Source: an uncultured Prolixibacteraceae bacterium
GTDB lineage: Bacteria; Bacteroidota; Bacteroidia; Bacteroidales; FEN-979
Reading direction: 5' to 3'
Length of the DNA stretch: 42,644 nucleotides
Assembly: GCA_964355115.1 (NCBI GenBank)
Contig: CAYHCQ010000003.1
Span: 1 to 42,644 of the forward strand
Positions 7,291 to 14,575 of the stretch are shown here, one piece after another (position 1 is the first letter of the stretch; each line of letters starts with the position of its first letter). A program made the position numbers and the translations under genes. The notes under the pieces were generated by a model. That model searched no databases. It was not told where the DNA came from and saw only the letters and a program-made list of their open reading frames with translations.

Positions 7291-7354
7291 TATTTCGCCA
7301 TTTTACCATTTGGCCATTTTACCATTTCACCATTTTACCATTTCGCTATTTCGC
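7291..7354 (-). repeat. Tandem array of eight 8-bp units (minus-strand sense GYRAAATG: GCGAAATA GCGAAATG GTAAAATG GTGAAATG GTAAAATG GCCAAATG GTAAAATG GCGAAATA)
   Basis: Read directly from the sequence. The array begins at the hydA2 stop codon and ends 27 nt before the NuoE-like start. Confidence 0.9.
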
Positions 7355-9126
7355 TATTCTTCAATAAAATCCCCAGCACTTTTATCAAAATAGTGGGTAT
7401 GCAGAAGTTGATGTGATTTCTCACCCAGTGGTTTGCCGAGAAATTCGCGATAAAGTTCCTGGATAAATGGGTTTTTGTGCGATTTCCGGATAGGTTTGCC
7501 TGCGTCTTCGCGATAGATAGCCGCGGCACGTTGTTTGATGATTTCCGAATTCCCATGATGGAATGGTTGTCCGCCGCCTCCGATACAACCTCCCGGGCAT
7601 GCCATAATCTCGATTGCGTGGAACTGGCTTTTTCCTGCCTGGATATCCTCAAGCAGCTTTCTGGCATTGCCCAGGCCATGAGCAATCCCGATATTGATAG
7701 GCAGTCCGTCGAAATCGAGCGTGGCATGGCGGATATTTTCCAGTCCCCGTAATTCTTCGAATTCGACCTTTTCAAGTTTCTTGCCGGTGTAGAGTTCATA
7801 GGCAGTACGGCAGGCCGCCTCAATAACACCTCCGGTGTTGCCAAAAATGACGCCGGCACCGCTGGATGTCCCAAGCGGGTTGTCAAAATCCTCCTCAGGC
7901 AGACTGTTGAAATCTATGTTGGCAGTCTTGATAAGGTGGGCAAGTTCGCGGGTCGAAAGCGAATAGTTCACATCCGGATCGCCGTTTACCTTGAATTCAT
8001 CGCGCTGGCATTCGTATTTCTTTGCCAGACAGGGCATAATCGAAACAACGATCATGTTTTTACGGTCTATCCCCAGTTTTTTACCAAAATACTCCTTGGC
8101 AATAGGGCCGAACATCTGCTGCGGCGACTTGGCTGTTGAAGGGATGTCAAGCATCTCCGGAAAATTGTGCTCAAAGAAGTTGACCCATCCCGGACAGCAG
8201 GATGTCAGCATCGGTAATTTCACCTTCTTATCACCCTTGAGGTAACGGGTAAGACGGTCGAGTAATTCGCTTCCTTCTTCCATAATAGTCAGGTCGGCAG
8301 CAAAATCGGTGTCGAACACGTAGTCAAAACCTAGTCGTCTGAGTGCTGCGACCATCTTACCCGTTACAAGGGTGCCTGGCTCAAGGCCAAATTCTTCGCC
8401 AAGGGCGGCTCTCACTGCAGGTGCTGTTTGAACAACAACTGTTTTAGCGGGATCGGCAAGTGAATTGATCACATTGCGTGAGTGGTCAACTTCGGTAAGG
8501 GCACCGGTGGGACAAACAGATACACATTGTCCGCAGTAAGTACAGGGAGATTTCTCAAGATTCATTTCGAATGCCGGGGCCACCACTGCCATAAAACCTC
8601 TGTTGACGGCAGAAAGAGCACCTACCGTTTGAACGTCATTGCACATCATTTCGCATCTGCGGCACATGATGCACTTGTCAACATCACGAATGATGGCAGG
8701 CGAAGTATCTTTCCGATACTTCGACTGCGCACCTTCGTAAGGGATTTCACGAACGCCGAGTTGCTGTGCCATGCTCTGGAGCTCACAGTGTCCATTTTTG
8801 GCACAGGTTAGACATTCAGCAGGATGATCGGAGAGAATTAACTCCAGAACGGTTCTGCGCGCGTTCAATACCCTGATATTGTGTGTAAAAACCTCCATAC
8901 CCTCGGCCACCATGGTATTACAGGCAGGGGCGAGGTTCCGTCTTCCTTTGACTTCAACCACACAAATGCGGCATCCACCCGGACGGTTTTCAATGTTCAT
9001 GTCCTTCAGTTCGAAGTAGCAAAGGGTAGGTATATCGATGCCAACAGTTTTGGCTGCCTTGAGAAGCGTAGTATTGTCAGGAACCTCTACGGTCTTTCCG
9101 TCAATGATAAGCTTTACCATATTCAT
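7354..9126 (-). CDS. hydA: [FeFe]-hydrogenase catalytic subunit, paralog 2 (M3 architecture, canonical H-cluster motifs)
   Basis: 590 aa. Motifs: HPAECLTCAKNGHCELQ, CIMCRRCEMMC, CTYCGQCVSVCP, L1 TSCCPGW, L2 MPCLAKKYE, L3 EIMACPGGCIGGGGQP. An AGGAGG lies 10 nt upstream. Confidence 0.95.
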   Translation of the reverse strand: MNMVKLIIDGKTVEVPDNTTLLKAAKTVGIDIPTLCYFELKDMNIENRPGGCRICVVEVKGRRNLAPACNTMVAEGMEVFTHNIRVLNARRTVLELILSDHPAECLTCAKNGHCELQSMAQQLGVREIPYEGAQSKYRKDTSPAIIRDVDKCIMCRRCEMMCNDVQTVGALSAVNRGFMAVVAPAFEMNLEKSPCTYCGQCVSVCPTGALTEVDHSRNVINSLADPAKTVVVQTAPAVRAALGEEFGLEPGTLVTGKMVAALRRLGFDYVFDTDFAADLTIMEEGSELLDRLTRYLKGDKKVKLPMLTSCCPGWVNFFEHNFPEMLDIPSTAKSPQQMFGPIAKEYFGKKLGIDRKNMIVVSIMPCLAKKYECQRDEFKVNGDPDVNYSLSTRELAHLIKTANIDFNSLPEEDFDNPLGTSSGAGVIFGNTGGVIEAACRTAYELYTGKKLEKVEFEELRGLENIRHATLDFDGLPINIGIAHGLGNARKLLEDIQAGKSQFHAIEIMACPGGCIGGGGQPFHHGNSEIIKQRAAAIYREDAGKPIRKSHKNPFIQELYREFLGKPLGEKSHQLLHTHYFDKSAGDFIEE

Positions 9127-9141
9127 ATTGTTCCTTCCTCC

Positions 9142-10602
9142 TTAATTGATAATGATTGCATTGAATTTGCATTTTTCCATGCAGGCACCGCATTTTATGC
9201 ACTTTACCTGGTCGATGAGGTGTACCTGTTTCCGTTCACCGGATATTGCATCTACCGGACAATTGCGTGCACAGAGTGTGCATCCGATGCACTTATCGGG
9301 AATTACCAGGTATTGCATCAGCGATTTACATACTTTCGAACGGCATTTTTTGTCGGTGACATGCTCATGGTACTCTTCGAGAAAATTGTCAATCGTTGAC
9401 AATACAGGATTTGGTGATGACTGTCCCAGGCCGCACAGCGATGTGTCTTTTATCACGGTGCCTAGGTTCCGCAGCTTATCGATATCATCCATTGTGCCGT
9501 TTCCCTTGGTGATCTTCTCTAGAAGTTCAGAAAGGCGCTTATTTCCGATTCGGCAGGGAGAGCATTTTCCGCACGACTCTTCAACTGTAAAATCCAGGTA
9601 AAATTTAGCTATGGCTACCATGCAGTCGTCCTCGTCCATCACGATGAGCCCACCCGACCCCATCATGGAACCGGCAGCGATAAGGTTGTCGTAATCGATG
9701 GGTGTGTCGAGATGCTTAACTGTTAGGCATCCGCCGGAAGGACCACCTGTTTGGGCGGCTTTAAAGGCTTTGCCATCCTGGATGCCACCGCCGATTTCAT
9801 AGATCACCTCCCTCAGGGTTGTCCCCATGGGAACCTCCACCAATCCAACATTGTTGATTTTTCCGGCCAGGGCAAAAACCTTCGTCCCCTTTGATTTTTC
9901 GGTACCGATTGCCGAGAACCATTCCCACCCTTTATTAATTATTACGGGAACATTGGCAAAGGTCTCTACATTATTAACGTTGGTGGGCTTCTTCAGATAT
10001 CCTTCAACTGAAGGAAAAGGGGGTTTAACGGTGGGTTCCCCGCGCAGGCCTTCCATCGAGTGGATCAGGGCAGTCTCTTCGCCGCAAACAAAAGCACCAG
10101 CCCCGTAACGTATGTCGATGTCGAAATTGAATCCGGTTCCAAGGATATTGTCTCCCAGCAAACCCATTTCCCGCGATTGTTTCATTGCGGTCTTTAACCT
10201 CTCAACAGCCAGCGGGTACTCTGCACGAATGTATATAAGTCCTTTGGATGCTCCGGTACAATACCCGTTAATGGTCATTGCCTCTAATACGGAGTGTGGA
10301 TCCCCTTCGAGAATCGAACGGTCCATGAACGCCCCCGGATCTCCTTCATCGGCATTGCATACCACATACTTCTGGTCGGCTTCAACCTTTCGGGTAATCT
10401 CCCATTTCATTCCAGCCGGAAATCCACCCCCTCCGCGACCTCGCAGGCCCGACTTTTTCAGAATCTCAATAACAGCTTCCGGTGACAGCTCTGTCAATAC
10501 TTTTGCAAGGGCCATGTAACCGTCGCGGGCAATGTAATCCTCAATCCGTTCCGGATCTATTACTCCACAGTTTCTTAACGCAATCCTAATCTGTCTAGCC
10601 AT
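9142..10602 (-). CDS. hydB: NuoF-like flavoprotein subunit with C-terminal 2x[4Fe-4S] domain, hydrogenase operon 2
   Basis: 486 aa. Motifs: GRGGGGFPAG, CNADEGDPGAFMDR, ESCGKCSPCRIG, SLCGLGQ, CIGCTLCARNCP, CIKCGACMEKC. Confidence 0.9.
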   Translation of the reverse strand: MARQIRIALRNCGVIDPERIEDYIARDGYMALAKVLTELSPEAVIEILKKSGLRGRGGGGFPAGMKWEITRKVEADQKYVVCNADEGDPGAFMDRSILEGDPHSVLEAMTINGYCTGASKGLIYIRAEYPLAVERLKTAMKQSREMGLLGDNILGTGFNFDIDIRYGAGAFVCGEETALIHSMEGLRGEPTVKPPFPSVEGYLKKPTNVNNVETFANVPVIINKGWEWFSAIGTEKSKGTKVFALAGKINNVGLVEVPMGTTLREVIYEIGGGIQDGKAFKAAQTGGPSGGCLTVKHLDTPIDYDNLIAAGSMMGSGGLIVMDEDDCMVAIAKFYLDFTVEESCGKCSPCRIGNKRLSELLEKITKGNGTMDDIDKLRNLGTVIKDTSLCGLGQSSPNPVLSTIDNFLEEYHEHVTDKKCRSKVCKSLMQYLVIPDKCIGCTLCARNCPVDAISGERKQVHLIDQVKCIKCGACMEKCKFNAIIIN

Positions 10603-10616
10603 ATCACAATTGGTCT

Positions 10617-11006
10617 TTATGCAATTTCATAATTCATCGCGATCACGCCATCGGTCAACTCACCTTTCCTGATGTACGACTCAATGATCTCGTCGGCCTT
10701 CTTTGTATTCACGAATCCAAACATCACCGGTTCCTTGCCCGGCATTGTAATCTCAATGGTTGGCTCTGCATAACAAAAGCCCATACAACCAACCTGGTTT
10801 ACCTTGGCAGGAATGTTGCGCTTGCCTAGCTCCTCCCTGAGGTATTCAAAAACAGGCCGGGAGCCGGAAGCAATGCCGCAGGTAGCCATGGTTACTTTCA
10901 CCTGGATGGTGCTTAAAGGACTGCCGGATTCTGACAAAGCTGCATTCTTTTTCTTTAACTGATCCCGGAGTTCCTGTAAAGATTGTGCTGATTCCAGTTT
11001 TGTCAT
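10617..11006 (-). CDS. Free-standing thioredoxin-like [2Fe-2S] ferredoxin (HndB-like), first gene of hydrogenase operon 2
   Basis: 129 aa. MATCGIASG...VGCMGFCYAEP is homologous to the N-terminal domain fused to HydB at 1138..3087. Confidence 0.8.
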   Translation of the reverse strand: MTKLESAQSLQELRDQLKKKNAALSESGSPLSTIQVKVTMATCGIASGSRPVFEYLREELGKRNIPAKVNQVGCMGFCYAEPTIEITMPGKEPVMFGFVNTKKADEIIESYIRKGELTDGVIAMNYEIA

Positions 11007-11082
11007 AATTAATGTATTGATAATTAATATATTAGTATATTTTTGTGAAACAATCGGACGGTGTTTTCAAGTTTCCTGAATG

Positions 11083-11090
11083 CAAAATTA
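11083..11090 (-). promoter_or_regulatory. Candidate -7 box (TAATTTTG on minus strand) for hydrogenase operon 2
   Basis: It matches TAnnTTTG, 77 nt upstream of the ATG at 11006. This is a motif match only. Confidence 0.3.
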
Positions 11091-11242
11091 TATCCTTTAT
11101 CAATATTTTCCAAGCTTATTTGTTATTATTTTCACAATGTTAATAAAATCACAAAAGATATAAGGAAAACAATTCAGATATCTCTTATGGATCACACTGA
11201 ATAACCGGAAAACAATAAAGAAATGATAAATGGGAAAGGTGG

Positions 11243-11937
11243 CTATCCGTATATTATCCGGAAACCATTGCCATGAATATTGACAATTTCGATCGAAGAA
11301 TCTGCTTTGAGGCACTTGCGCAGGCGGGCAATAAAGACATCCATACTACGGCCATTGAAGTAATTATCACTTCCCCAGATGCTTTCCAGTGCATCCTTTC
11401 GGAGAAGGATACCATCTTTGGAAGAGCAAAGCATCTTGAGAAGTTTAGCCTCTTTGGGTGAGAGTTGCTGTATCTCCTTACCGTTGCTAAGGGTGCGGAG
11501 GTTGAAATTGAAAAGAAGGCTGCCCACCTGGTACTCATTCTGTTCGGCTGCAGCATCGCCTTTCTGGTTGTTACGCTTAAGAATGGCCCTCAGTTTGAAG
11601 AGGAGAACCTCCGAGTCAAATGGTTTCGTGATATAATCATCGGCCCCGGTTTGAACCCTTCGAGCATGTCTTCTTTCAGTGACTTGGCAGTCAGGAAAAT
11701 GAACGGGACCTGCGCATTGCTTTTCTTTATCTCCCGGGCCAAGGCAAATCCATCCATTTCAGGCATCATTACATCCAGGATGCATATGTCGAAGGCTTCC
11801 GATTTGAAGGCGCCAAGCCCCTTCTTTCCATCGGTTTTCAATACGACATCGAAATCGTTCAATTCAAGATACGATTTCATAATAGATCCGAAATTCGGAT
11901 CATCCTCAACAAGCAATATTTTTATCCGTACGTTCAT
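11243..11937 (-). pseudogene. OmpR/PhoB-type response regulator interrupted by a -1 frameshift (or homopolymer sequencing error) near 11642..11649
   Basis: The receiver domain ORF at 11590..11937 ends ...MLEGFKPGPMIISRNH*. The adjacent frame continues GADDYITKPFDSEVLLFKLRAILKRNN... into the winged-helix ORF at 11243..11527. One extra G in the GGGG run would restore EGFKPGADDYITKPF. Confidence 0.8.
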
Positions 11938-11955
11938 TCTCTCCTCCGTTTCGAA

Positions 11956-13785
11956 TCAAATGTAAACAACCTGTAGTCCGATCTCAAACCTGCTCCCTTT
12001 CCCGACTTCGCTATGTACGCTTATTTCACCATGATGTGCAAGTACAATGGCTTTGACATAACTCAATCCAAGACCGAATCCTTTGATATTGTGAATATTA
12101 CCACTGGTTACACGGAAAAATTTATCAAATGCCTTCCGCTGTGCCTCCTGGCTCATTCCCATCCCGCGGTCGGCAACTCCAAAAAAGAATTTCCCCCCGC
12201 GGTTAAAACTGAATACAGTTATCTCCGGTTTGATGATTGAATATTTATTGGCATTATCAAGCAGGTTCATAAGGACATTACGAATGTGATCCTCGTCCGC
12301 ATCTACCATGGTGTCGGATGCATCAAGCCGGGTGATAATAACACCTTCCCGCTGTTCGATCTGAAGTCTGTAATGCTCAACCGCCTTTTCAATCATATAA
12401 TGCATGTCGACAAGCCTCGGACGAAGCTTGAAGTCACGGCTGTCGAGAAGCGCCATCTGCAGAACCTGTTCAACACGTGCGTTCATCCGGTTGTTCTCCT
12501 CCTTGATGATCCGTGTAAAGCTTTTTATTTTATCCGGCTCATCAATAACTTTCGGGTTGTTGATCGAATCTGCCGCAATAGAGATTGTCGCAATCGGAGT
12601 TTTAAACTCGTGGGTCATGTTGTTGATAAAATCTGTCTTGATATCTGAGATTTTTTTCTGCCTGATCATGACAACAATGCTGGTTCCCGATGTAAGGATG
12701 ATAATGAGGGTAAACAGGATTGACCCGAGAAGAAGGATCGCAACCGATCTAAATAGTTCTGACCTCTGCCCGGGAAAATAGACAACCAAAAGATCAGGTT
12801 TTCCGAAAATATCGTTTGGGAAAAGTGAAACCTTGTGCTCTGCCTTACTGAATTTAGTCTGATAACCAGTTGATTGAATAGGAACCGGATTGGTGTCATT
12901 GGATGGGGTCAATACGGCAAATTCGAATGGCAGATCGATGCCCTTGTCAGAGAAGGATGACTGGAGTGTGGATTGAAGGTTCTTTTTATTAATACGTTGC
13001 TGAAGAGGAGCCGGCCTGGTCTCTATCTCCATGGCCATCTGTTTGATCACATCCTCAATTCCCTTTGCCTTTTTATCGAGTCGCCTGATACTGCTGTCCA
13101 CGGCCTTTTTTTTATGACTGTTCCGGTCATGAATAACAACCGGTGAGGCGACTGGCTGTGTGCTGAAAATACGGTAACGGATTGTTGTATTGCTCATCCC
13201 ATCGGGATCAACGGAGACAACTTGTTGCTCCTGCAACATACTTTTGTCGTCGTTAAGCAATTCCTGTCCAAATACAAGGCTGTTCTCCTCGATAATCGAA
13301 TCAAGCTGACCAATCTGGTCCTTCCATTCAAAATTCAAGTTAAACTCCTCCTGGTACCCTTGCTCCATACCTATTATCAGCGAATCTGAAAACTCTTGCT
13401 GCGGAACAACATTAACACGGTAAGAGTAGTGCATCACGCCATTAGGGTGGGGTGGAGGAGGTGGCCTCCGCAAGGGAGGGGGACATGCGTCGCTGTTGGT
13501 CAGAACTGAGTCAAGACGCTTCTTCATGGTTTGCGAGGTATCTCTTGTGAAGGCCTGTACGATCGCCATGATGCTGTCACCTTCAAAATTTCTGCTGATG
13601 AAATGCATGTTTTCCCTTGTCTCCAGTTTATTTACTACAACCCCCAATGCATCGTTCACACTGCGGTTGAACTGGGCCTCTTTTACCTGAAATGCGTTCC
13701 TGATCCAGAAAAACTGTACTGTGACTATCCCGATGAGCGAAATACAGATCCCCGCGATCAGGATGTATAGCAGTCGTTTATTCAT
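11956..13785 (-). CDS. Sensor histidine kinase (N-terminal TM, ~330-aa extracytoplasmic region, second TM, HisKA, HATPase_c)
   Basis: 609 aa. It has an H-box NNMTHEFKTPIATI, an N-box LLDNANKY and a G-box GFGLGLSY. It lies directly upstream of the response regulator. Confidence 0.9.
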   Translation of the reverse strand: MNKRLLYILIAGICISLIGIVTVQFFWIRNAFQVKEAQFNRSVNDALGVVVNKLETRENMHFISRNFEGDSIMAIVQAFTRDTSQTMKKRLDSVLTNSDACPPPLRRPPPPPHPNGVMHYSYRVNVVPQQEFSDSLIIGMEQGYQEEFNLNFEWKDQIGQLDSIIEENSLVFGQELLNDDKSMLQEQQVVSVDPDGMSNTTIRYRIFSTQPVASPVVIHDRNSHKKKAVDSSIRRLDKKAKGIEDVIKQMAMEIETRPAPLQQRINKKNLQSTLQSSFSDKGIDLPFEFAVLTPSNDTNPVPIQSTGYQTKFSKAEHKVSLFPNDIFGKPDLLVVYFPGQRSELFRSVAILLLGSILFTLIIILTSGTSIVVMIRQKKISDIKTDFINNMTHEFKTPIATISIAADSINNPKVIDEPDKIKSFTRIIKEENNRMNARVEQVLQMALLDSRDFKLRPRLVDMHYMIEKAVEHYRLQIEQREGVIITRLDASDTMVDADEDHIRNVLMNLLDNANKYSIIKPEITVFSFNRGGKFFFGVADRGMGMSQEAQRKAFDKFFRVTSGNIHNIKGFGLGLSYVKAIVLAHHGEISVHSEVGKGSRFEIGLQVVYI

Positions 13786-13884
13786 GGTACAAAAATATAT
13801 AAAGAAAACGCGGTATAAAACAAGATTAACTTTTCATTAACCAACTTTAACGTTTCGTTAACAAAAACAGTAACTTACACAGGT

Positions 13885-13892
13885 TAGATTTG
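13885..13892 (+). promoter_or_regulatory. Candidate -7 box (TAGATTTG) upstream of 13919 ORF
   Basis: It matches TAnnTTTG, 26 nt upstream of the ATG. This is a motif match only. Confidence 0.3.
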
Positions 13893-13918
13893 CATCACAA
13901 ACCAATTAAACTACAACC

Positions 13919-14530
13919 ATGAAAAGCAATTTCGTTTACAGACAGGTGATAACAACCCTGACCGTGGCTGCATTACTTGCCATATTTGTAACCCGTCCGG
14001 CCGCTGCACAGGAAAAAGCGAAGGCAGATGCAAAAAAAACGGTGAAGATTAAGATTATAAAGGAGGATAATGGAAAAACCACTGTCATCGATACTGTGTT
14101 TTCAACCGATGCTCCTTTGGATACAAAGGAGATGCAGGTCATGTTGCAAAAGGCAGAAAAAGAGATGAAGGATGCGAACAAGCAGATGAAGCAGATGCGT
14201 TATGAAATCGCCCTTTCATCGGATGATTCAGCATCAGCCGGCTCGGAGGGCAAAAGGATTATGAAAGTCTATACTTTTGGCGGCGATGAAGACTCATCTG
14301 AAGGTGAAGACGGGGAATTCAACTACTCCTTCAATGTTCCGTGTCATCCGGAGTGCTTGGAACCAACCCTTTCCGACTTGCTTGGCGACATCCCCATGGA
14401 ACGGGTAAAAAGCTATTCCATCAAAGACAGGAAGAATGGCAAGCGCATTATCATAGATATAGACGATGCTCCGCTGATTGAAAACCATGAAAGGATGATC
14501 GTTATTCAAGGGAAGCCACATAAACGGTAA
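13919..14530 (+). CDS. Hypothetical secreted protein (signal peptide, Lys/Glu-rich and acidic segments)
   Basis: 203 aa with an N-terminal hydrophobic stretch ending AAAQE. I recognise no family. It is followed by a clear terminator hairpin. Confidence 0.6.
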   Translation: MKSNFVYRQVITTLTVAALLAIFVTRPAAAQEKAKADAKKTVKIKIIKEDNGKTTVIDTVFSTDAPLDTKEMQVMLQKAEKEMKDANKQMKQMRYEIALSSDDSASAGSEGKRIMKVYTFGGDEDSSEGEDGEFNYSFNVPCHPECLEPTLSDLLGDIPMERVKSYSIKDRKNGKRIIIDIDDAPLIENHERMIVIQGKPHKR

Positions 14531-14559
14531 AAAAAAAGGCTGCCATCCGGGCAGCCTTT
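14529..14559. terminator. Bidirectional rho-independent terminator between convergent genes
   Basis: An A9 run is followed by GGCTGCC-ATCCG-GGCAGCC and then TTT. Read on the minus strand, the hairpin is followed by T9 and sits downstream of hydA paralog 3. Confidence 0.8.
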
Positions 14560-14575
14560 CGAGGGAAGTCAAAAA

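Noticed and set aside
7291-7354. Possibility that the short tandem arrays (also 20023..20062 and 21585..21626) are CRISPR arrays
   Set aside because: The units are 7-8 bp and directly abutting, with no unique spacers. There are no cas genes and no leader. They are microsatellite-like tandem repeats instead.
7335-7886. 183-aa minus-strand ORF ending ...NSEIAKW that runs through the octamer repeat array
   Set aside because: It is out of frame inside the well-supported hydA2 gene (7354..9126) and only extends into the repeat by chance. It has no recognisable domains and its composition is typical of a shadow ORF.
9137-9142. Strong AGGAGG Shine-Dalgarno before hydA2 (also AAGGAGA before hydB3 and GGAGGAGA before the response regulator) as evidence of horizontal transfer from Firmicutes
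   Set aside because: Most genes in all three hydrogenase operons lack SD sequences, like the housekeeping genes. SD-like sites appear only at a few internal cistrons, including a non-hydrogenase gene. I could not compute codon usage or GC skew, so this is inconclusive.
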